From Chiloscyllium plagiosum (taxonomy: Eukaryota), in contig NC_057711.1 in assembly GCF_004010195.1 (NCBI RefSeq), forward strand, positions 73,717,399 through 73,781,398: DNA of 64,000 nucleotides. Direction: 5' to 3'. Shown here one piece after another: positions 55,300 through 64,000 of the stretch. Both the position numbers and the translations under genes were made by a program. Each line of letters opens with the position of its first letter. The first letter of the stretch is position 1. The notes under the pieces are model-generated. The model saw only the letters and a program-made list of their open reading frames with translations. It was not told the origin of the DNA and did not search any database.

Positions 55300-55597
55300 G
55301 ATTAGATTAGATTCCCCTACAGTATGGAAACAGGCTCTTTGGCCCAAAAAGTCCACACCGGCCCTCCAAAGAGTAATCCACTCAGACCCATTTCCCTCTG
55401 AATAATGCACCAAACACAATGGGCAATTCACCTGACCTGCACATCTGTGGACTGTGGAAGGAAACCGGAACACCAGAGGAAACCCACGCAGACATGGTGA
55501 GAATGCGCAAACTCCACACAGACAGTCACCCGAGGCTGGAATCAAACCTGAGTCCCTGGTGCTGTGAGGTAGCAGTGCTAACCACTGAGCCACAGTG
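55300..55597 (-). mobile_element. HE1/V-SINE-type SINE
   Basis: Reverse complement of the SINE consensus with a (GATTA)n tail. Confidence 0.85.
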
Positions 55598-56886
55598 CCT
55601 CTTACCTCTGCCTCTGGTATCCTAGGATACACAGGGGTAACTTGTCTCTCGAAAATGGCTGCTCAACTGAATCCATAAAATTCAGGTCTGTTCTTATCAG
55701 GTCTGAACAGCACACTTTAGGCTTCAAACTCCAAGGCTATCAGAATTCCACTTTACTGGAGCTGCTGATGTGTTTCTGGATTAGTGATGCTGGAAGAGCA
55801 CAGCAGTTCAGGCAGCATCCGAGGAGCAGTAAAATCGACGTTTCGGACAAAAGCCCTTCATCAGGAATTACATAGTTATATATAAAATACATAAACGTAG
55901 AATACTCCCCAACCCCATTCCTGTGCCTGTAAAGAAAGATGGGAACAGCTATGCTTGGGGTGGGATTTATGATTTCTCAGCGGTACTATTATTTTTGCCA
56001 TGACACAGTGGCTCCCATTATGGAGAGTTTCTTCGCTAAGATCTAATGATCAGTCTGCTAACATATACTGTCCAAACTTATACTTTGTTGAATTGTGACT
56101 TGAACAAATATGGAACTCAATAGAGTGATACAAGCTTGAGTTCTTGCCTTCAAGAACCATGCAGCAATAATTGAAAAACAAGGGAAAATTATCAATGGCG
56201 TTTTAAAAAAATCGCTTGTTACGACAAGCAAATAAATCAAGTCAACTACAGATCTCCAGAAAAATAAGTTGAGTAACTGTAGTCGGACTTCTAAACATTA
56301 ACAATAATACTGAGTGCATACAGGCTGGTAATATAAACCATTAATCAGCCAGTTTTTATATATCATCTTAAATAATGAAGTTGTACTGAAGTTTAAAAAT
56401 GTAACCTAATGTAAAGATATCGTAGTTTTAGCAAAAAAAAGTGAAATTCAATTTTTCTCATAATATTCCCAGTTTTTAAGTTTGCTTTTTCTTATTAGTT
56501 TGAATGATCTGGGTTACAGAGATTATAGCTGTTTTAAGTGGTCTCCTGGGATCGTACCAGGAGGTTTGCTTCTCTTACGAGACAGAACAGTGCCAGCCTC
56601 TCCTCCCACAACACGGAGCACTCCACCATTTGGAAATTCTGTTTTTTATCAACTTGTTTGATAGCTAGGGAAGCATGCCTATTGAGGGCACACTGGAATC
56701 AAACCTCAGTCAAGGCCAGCATTCCTATTGACATTTCACAATAGGTATTACAATGGGTGCTGAAAGTGAATACTTCTTCTGAGAAACAAAATAATAATGA
56801 CTTTGCCTTTTCCGATGAATTATTTAAGACTCCAAGTCTGAATTATGTAGTTGTATGAGAAGCTGGCATGTACAAAGCAACATTAC

Positions 56887-57051
56887 CTCCTCTTTGGCTA
56901 TCCGCATGTCATCTGTAACCTCTGAGAAGACTGTTGGCTGTATGAAGAAGCCTTTATCTCCCCATGGCAAACCTCCACATTCCAGCTTGGCTCCTTCTTT
57001 CTTCCCACTCTCAATTAAACTGAGAATTTTATCATACTGCTCTTTGTCAAT
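56887..57051 (-). CDS. ALDH1A1: ALDH1A1-like retinaldehyde dehydrogenase, exon equivalent to exon 10
   Basis: gacag acceptor and gtaatg donor on the - strand; 165 bp. Encodes [55 protein letters not shown]. No earlier exons seen in the window. Confidence 0.95.
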
Positions 57052-58720
57052 CTGTCAAATGTTATCACATGAATGTTATAAATAAATGGCTACATTTGAA
57101 AGTGATATTATGATGATTGCATAAATGAGCATTTTTCTAATATCAGGTGAATTTTTGTACTGGACCATTTTATACAAAAATAGCAATTACATGAAAGTTA
57201 AATTAAAATGAAAAGAATGCATTGTGCCTTATTTGAACACCCATTCTGCAAAAGTCCCACAATTCAAATATTTGACAAATACAAAGTATATAAGTAATGG
57301 CTGAGTAGGTAGCAATCTCAGCTCTGAGCCAGAAGATTTAGGTCCAAGTACTTTTACTGCATGTGAGTACAAATATTAAGGTGAACATTCCAGTACTATA
57401 CTGAGGTATGTTATGCAACTGATAAAGTCATAGACATCTATAAGACAGAAAAAGTCCATTTGGCCCATCAAGTCTATACCAGTTAAAAGAGATGTTGTCT
57501 TCTGGATGAGATTAAATCTCAGCTCAATATAACAGGTTCTATTTCAAAAAAGAAAATGGGCATCATCCGATTGTTCTGGCCAACATTTATCGAAGCAACA
57601 TCACAGAAACAAATCAAGTTATTATTAGACTGCTGCTTGTGAGCGTACTGAAGCAGTTTCTGCCTGTATCCAGCAAGACCTAGATAACATTCAGACTTGG
57701 GCTGCTAAGTGGCAAGTAATATGCATGCCACGTAAATGTCAGACACTGACCCCCTCCAATCTGTAAGAATCTAACCATATTACTTGGCATTCAAACACAC
57801 TACCATCACTGAATGCCCCACTATCAACATCACCTGAAACTAGAAACTAAATTAGTTCACCCATGTAAGGGCAGGACCGAGGCTGAGAATCCTTTGGTAA
57901 GTGACTCACCTTGTGATTCTCCATAGCCAGTCCACCATCTTCAAGGCACAAGTCAGGTGTGTGATAAAATGCTCCCCATTTGCCTGGATGAGCACAACTC
58001 CAACAACACCCAAGAAGCTTGACACCAACAAAGCCAAATCATCCTGCTTGGTTTGCACCCCATTGACCCCCTTCAATGCTCACTCCCTTTGCCACTGACA
58101 CACAGTGGCTACAAAGTGTACTGCAGTATCTAACCAAGACTGCATCAACAGCAAGTTCCAAGCTAGTGTTTTCTATCACTTAGGACAAGGGTAGCAAAAT
58201 ACATCGGAAAACAACCACCTGCAAGTTCCCCTATAAGATACAGACCATTATGACAAGGAATTCTACTGTGGTTCATCTAGTATCTCAGGGTAAAAACCCT
58301 GAAAATCCCTTTCTAACAAGACTGTTGGTGTCCCTATAACTTAAGGATTGCAGCTATCCAAGGAGGGAGCTCAAGTTCATCTTTTGGGGAAATTAAAAAG
58401 TGGGGATGAATACTGCCCTAGCCAGTGGCACCCACATCCCATGAATGAACAAAAAAGAAATGGCTACCATTTTCTCGGAAACAAATCCAGGGTAACATGT
58501 ATACATATTTTAAGAACACATTGAGCTGTGTTGTGATGTGACATTGTAATCAAAAAGGACAGGAACTTTCTAGAAGCTAAGGCTTGATGAAAGAATTAGC
58601 TGTCAAATTGCTGCAAGCAGCTGAATGAGCAGGAAACTTCTTTTCAGCCAGTGCCATTCAGCAAGCACTGAATGTCAGGAAGGTAAGGCAGGACCGTTGG
58701 CTAGTTGGTTTTGTAGTAAT

Positions 58721-60052
58721 TGTAACAATGTCAGCCACATGGACCTCATAGGAGTCCCTGATTGGGGCTGTTAATCTGGTTCAGTCAGGGTGCCCTGGCT
58801 GACAGATATCAACAGGAGTGGAAGAGGTTCTGTTCACTCTGAGAGCTGGCACTAAGGAAGCCGCAGTAGTATCAAAAAGACACCACACATATAAATAAAG
58901 GGTGGCTTGGTGATAGGATGCCAGTCTCTGTGGAGTGGCAATGAAACTAAAGCATGCTCCTGAAGAAATTGGCTCACAACAGTCATCTTTGAATTGGGGT
59001 AAGCATTTCTGGCATCATGTCATTATTTGGGAAACTGGACCCACTCGATTCTGCCATCAAAGACTGGGCCCAGTGTGTGGAAAGAATGCGTTAGTTTTTC
59101 TGGGCAAATGGTACTGGGACAGATGAAAAATAAAGAGCAATTCCCTGACAGCTTGTGGACCCACAGCTTTTTTGGTTATTAGGAGCCTAACATTTCCTGA
59201 GGCACCAGATACTAAAATCTTTCAAGAGTTGATGGATTTAGTTATGGAATACTACAGCCCCAAGCCTCCATTAATACTGAGATGCTATCGGTTTTACTTG
59301 ACAGTTCGAGAATGAGGAGATTCTGTGTTATAATTTTTGACTAGATTAAGACGACTGGCAGAGGCACGTGACATTGATTTAACCCTTAATGAGATGCTAA
59401 GAGATTATTTGGTATGCGGAATTGATGATGTAAGCATGCCAAAGCTTCTACTGACTGAAACCCAATTGGACTTCAAACACGATAATAACTGGCTTTATCA
59501 ACGGAAAATGTGGCAAGTAGAGCATATGAATTACAGGGCATACTGACGGAAGTGGACACTGTGCCTGTGCAACTGAACTTGGGGAACACTACTTGAGTGA
59601 AGGCAATTTCATAGCCTGAACAGAGGGGGACTTTAGGACATATCCTGAACAGAGGGGGATTTCAGGTCAGACCATAGAAAAACCCGTAAACGAGCCTTGG
59701 CCAAACAGTTCACATTTTCTTCAGGATCCAGGCAGGCAGGCCATTGTAGTTGCTGTTGGTATTTGGACTCAAGACAGCAAAAGAGTCCCACTAGGCCTGA
59801 ATTGAGTAAGAGACCTCATAGGCCAGTATCCAGGAGACTGCATTCCCTGGAAAGCTACCTACATCTGGCTTGGAGCTGTTAAATTGCTGAGCAATATCCA
59901 AATCAGAACCAATCAAAATAAATATCTGGTAAAATGGTCATCTGGTTCTAATGGAGTTTGATACCGGTGTAGCGATTGCAGAACCTGTCTTTAACAAAAT
60001 TTACAAAATGGTGACTTGTTGATGGGATACTGGCCTCGGTGGAGTTATTTCA
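58721..60052 (+). mobile_element. Internally deleted Gypsy LTR retrotransposon (LTR, gag, protease, partial 3' LTR)
   Basis: TGTAAC start; LTR containing AATAAA. Decayed gag (GKLDP...DW.QCVERM...LTACG...LTRLRRLAE...LNEMLRDYLVCGI). Protease MEFDTG at about 59950. LTR end repeated at 60009-60052, ending in CA. Confidence 0.8.
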
Positions 60053-60690
60053 GCTTTAATTTGATGAAACTATAAGAAGCATGAGATAACTAATGAAATA
60101 AAGCAACTACCAAAATAAATCAACCAGATACTAATCTATAAAGAGTTGATGACACCTTTAAATGAAATATAATTGCACATTGATTGACATTCTGATTTGT
60201 TTGCCCTGCATACCTCAGATGGGGATTCACAGCATGTGCACATATGACTGTATCAATCTGCTGTCTGACATGTTTCATGTTACAAGCGCATGTGTGCATC
60301 ATAATTACATACTGGAACTCGGTAAAGGTACTGAAAAAAGATGCTAACAAGTCCAATTTCTTATTTGATATCTTATATTCTGGCCACTCAGTTCCCCTAA
60401 GACATGCACACTACTATGTTAAGAACCTTAAATCTCTTCTTCAATCTAAGAAGTTTATAGCATTCAGTCCTTGAGTCTGCATCTCATCCATTCCAACTGC
60501 TTTTTTCTTCTTTTTTCTTCTTTTCTTTTTTTTTCAAGTTTTAAGTGGCTTTTTTTTATTTAACTTGCCTTCTGAAGAGGGCTCAGTCATACAGGCAATG
60601 GTGCTCTTGGCACTGGCATCAGAGTCCAGAACGTGGCAGCAGCTGGAGCTGGCGAATCATTGAGGGTTGGTGAAGGAGTGGCTGGGGAGC

Positions 60691-60817
60691 CTGGATGGCA
60701 CTTGGCAGTGAAGCGAATGGTGAGACTGGATGGCAGTTGACGGTGAAGCGGATGGTGTGTCCGGATGGCACTTGACAGTGAAGCAGATGCTGAATCCAGA
60801 TGGTGTTCGCCAGTGAG
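60691..60817 (+). repeat. 35-bp minisatellite, about 3.6 copies, inside an element ending with a LINE-like tail at about 61145
   Basis: Units start at 60691, 60726, 60761 and 60796; consensus CYGGATGGCACTTGRCAGTGAAGCGRATGGTG. Confidence 0.8.
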
Positions 60818-62644
60818 TCACTCAGCCCAGTGGTGTATTGTGGAGGGGGTGGGGGGAGGGGGGTTGGACCCTGGTGAGACCAGCATGGAGCAACTGTAGG
60901 TCCATGGCTATAGAAGGACTGCAATGTTGAACTTTTAACTGTATTTCTTTAATAGATTATACTTAGAAGAACTGCAATGTTGAATTTGTAACTTTGTTTT
61001 ATTTTTCTATTTTGTATCATTTGGTTTCGTACCTCAGTGCCTTTTGTACCTAAGATGGGGCCAGGAGTGACAATATTGTACTCTTTTCAGTGTACTCCTG
61101 TAATTCTGTACTTGAGTACACAAAACAATAAAATCTAATTCTAATGTGCCCCAAACTCTTACTTCACCTCATCTGTACCTAATAGGTAACAAACTAAGGC
61201 CAATAGAGTTTGATGAGGGGTTACTGGACTTGAAGAATTGACTCTGTTTTTCCGCTCTGCAGATGATACCTGTCCTACTATATTTCTCGAGTACTCGCTG
61301 TCCTTGTTTTCTAACAGAGGCTTCCCCTCCATTGAACCCAACACTGTAATTGTGAGACATGTCAGCATTTTGGGAGGAGGTATGATACTCTTGATGTGGG
61401 ACTTGGTGAGCTTGATGACATCTTGCCAGCAACAGGTTACTAACTGAAGACTGCTTTGTCATTCTCACTTCCCTTGGAAGTACAGTGCAACAACTTTTCA
61501 TGACTTCTGTCTCCTAAATTGCAGAGGAATATTCCTCACTTTTATCTGCAAATGCAACACCACACATGACAATGAGTTTGACTGAAGCGAAGGTGGTGAG
61601 GATCAAGTTCCCTATAAGTTTTAAGTGCATCATAAAGTCTGAGTACAAGAGCCTAAATAATCAGACCTGATGAAAGTATTTGTTTAGTGAACATTAACTA
61701 CAAGTAGCACTTTGAGTTTCTTTTGAGCTTATGAATCAAAGTATCATGAAAAGATGACAAGCTAAGGCAAGTTGCCGATATAAACACGATACAGTAATTT
61801 TCTTATGCTGCAGCAAAATTTGTTATATCTGTTCACACTAAACACATGACTATAAATCTTTCAGTGTGATTATGGCATTGGAAGTTAAAAAAAAGTTCTT
61901 TTTGTACAAGGATGAATTTCTTACTAGCAAAGAAATAGGGGTTAAAATTACTCCTGTTCTAACTTACATTAATTAGATGATTGGTCACAAAAATGCAACC
62001 TTATCTATAAACTGCTAAAGTAGCATTTCTCTATGTTCAATGCTTCTCACAGTCCTTTTTGAAAGGATTCAGGAAAATAGCTGCTGATTGCTATGGCTAA
62101 TAAGAAGAACCTCTGCAAAATTGTAAATGTTTGGAATTCCTTTGTGAAATTCTATCAGTATAGGTAGATAATATCACATTAAAAACCCAATAGAAATCTA
62201 TTTTGGAAATGATATAGAGAATATAAGAAAGTAGACACTGGTAAAACAATACAAACCACAGTTAAGAGTGCAATTTTTCATATTAACATTTGTAATTGGT
62301 CAACCAGGATAGTGCAGGGATAAGAAAACATACCTACAAAAACATAATTTTTAAAACTTGTGCATAGGTTATGGTCATCATTGACAAGGCCAGCATTTAT
62401 TGCTCATCCATAATTGCCCCATTGAAGGAATTTGATAAGTGCCACATCAAAGACCACTGCAGAAAATACAAGCTTATGGTATAGAGCATAAAATAATAAC
62501 ATGAATAGATGACTAGCTGGCTGGCAGAAAATAGAGAGAATGTATAAATGAGCCATTTTCTGATTGGCAGGATTTAAGTGGAGTTCCACAGAAATATGTG
62601 CTAGACCCTGAAATTTTTATAATTAACATCAATGAATTAGGTAG

Positions 62645-63815
62645 AGCCATAGAGTCATAGAGATGTACAGCATGGAAACATACCCTTCGGTCCAACCCGT
62701 CCATGCCAACCAGATATCCCAAGGAGAAAGTGAGGACTGCAGATGCTGGAGGTCAGAGCTTAAAAATGTGTTGCTGGAAAAGCGCAGCAGGTCAGGCAGC
62801 ATTAAAGGAACAGGAGAATCAATATTTCGGGCATAAGCCCTTCTTCAGGAAGAAGAAGGGCTTATGCTCGAAACATCGATTCTCCTGTTCCTTTGATGCT
62901 GCCTGACCTGCTGCGCTTTTCCAGCAACACATTTTTAAGACAAGATATCCCAATCCAATCTAGTCCCACCTGTCAGCACCCGGCCCATATCCCTCCAAAC
63001 ATATCCTATTCATATACCCATCCAAATGCCTTTTAAATGTTGTAACTGTACCAGCCTCCAACACTTCCTCTGGCAGCCCATTCCACACACGCACCACCTA
63101 AGAATGTTATGCCTCAGTTATATAAGGCATTGGTGATACTATGTGCAGTTTTGGTCTCTAAGTAAGGAAGTAGGTAAGTGTATTGGAGGCAGTTCAGAGT
63201 GGTTTTGCTTCATTGATACCTGGAATGAGAAGATTGTCTTGTGAGGTTTGGTTAGGCAGGGCAGGCTTATTTCCATTGGAGTTTAGAAGACTGAGAGTTC
63301 TTGACTGAAGTGTACATGATCTGCGTGAAAACGTTTTATATCTTTCCCCTCTCACCCTAAACCTATGCCCTCTAGTTCTGGACTCCCCCACCTTAGGGAA
63401 AAGACCTTGTTTATTTACCCTATCCATGCCCCTCATGATTTTATAAACCTTTATAAGGTCACCCCTCAGCCTCCAATGCTCCAGGGAAAACAGCCATAGC
63501 CTATTCAACCTCTCCCTTCAGGTCAAACCCTTCAACCCTGGCAACATCCTTGTAAATCTTTTCTGAACTCTATCAAGTTTCACAACATCCTTCCAATAGG
63601 AAGGAGATCAGAATTGCAAGCAATATTCCAAAAGTGGTCTAACCAACGTCCTGTACAGCTGCAACATGACCTCCCAACTCCTGTACTCAATACTCTGACC
63701 AATAAAGGAAAGCATACCATACGCCTTCTTCACTATCCTATCTACCTGTGACTCTACTTTCAATGAGCTGTGACCCTGCACTCCAAGGTCTCTTTGTTCA
63801 GCAACACTCCCTAGG
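62645..63815 (-). mobile_element. CR1 LINE 3' part inserted into an older + strand CR1 (62440 to window end)
   Basis: ORFs 63608-63970 and 63194-63508. The host RT (...INEL / EGAKSTIAKF...) resumes at about 63816. Confidence 0.85.
62723..62942. mobile_element. Foldback Penelope-type insertion with an 11-bp TSD inside a CR1 3' UTR
   Basis: TSD AGATATCCCAA at 62712-62722 and 62943-62953; roughly 88-bp imperfect inverted arms; CTGAAGA-aGGGC ttat GCCC-GAAA core on the - strand. Confidence 0.85.
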
Positions 63816-64000
63816 AGGAGGGGAGCAAAAGCACGATAGCCAAATTTGAAGGAGGCACCATGATAAGTAGGAAGGTATGTTACACAGAAGACATAAGAAA
63901 TTTGCAAATGGATACAGATGAGTGTAAACAAAAGTATAACAGATGGAGGATAATGTGCATAATTGTTCATTTTGGCAGGAAGTATGAGAAAAGAGTATTA

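Noticed and set aside
60120..60356. - strand ORF with a donor-like site, considered as ALDH1A1 exon 9
   Set aside because: Lacks the GQCC catalytic motif; exon 9 appears to lie beyond the window.
60691..60817. 35-bp repeats superficially resembling a CRISPR array
   Set aside because: Head-to-tail units with no unique spacers, no cas genes, and a vertebrate context; it is a minisatellite.

Overview
Vertebrate genomic DNA. The repeats (HE1/V-SINE-type SINEs, abundant CR1 LINEs, Penelope-type hairpins) suggest a cartilaginous fish such as a shark; this is inference. The window holds the 3' parts of two convergent spliced genes. The first is a TMC2-type mechanotransduction channel on the + strand, with 8 coding exons from 3148 to 43914. 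The second is an ALDH1A1-type retinaldehyde dehydrogenase on the - strand, with its last 4 coding exons from 57051 down to 49338. All exons have GT-AG junctions and matching phases. Most ORF-track entries are LINE fragments or chance ORFs. Introns and intergenic DNA contain nested CR1, Rex1/Babar-like, Gypsy, Harbinger, Tigger-like MITE and SINE relics, a tRNA-Leu pseudogene and a 378-N assembly gap. The most notable observations are three. (1) About 200-bp foldback insertions with 11-15 bp target-site duplications carry minimal hammerhead ribozyme cores. (2) A roughly 2 kb decayed env/fusion-glycoprotein-like relic sits in a TMC intron. (3) A TMC2-type gene occupies the position next to ALDH1A1 that TMC1 holds in mammals.
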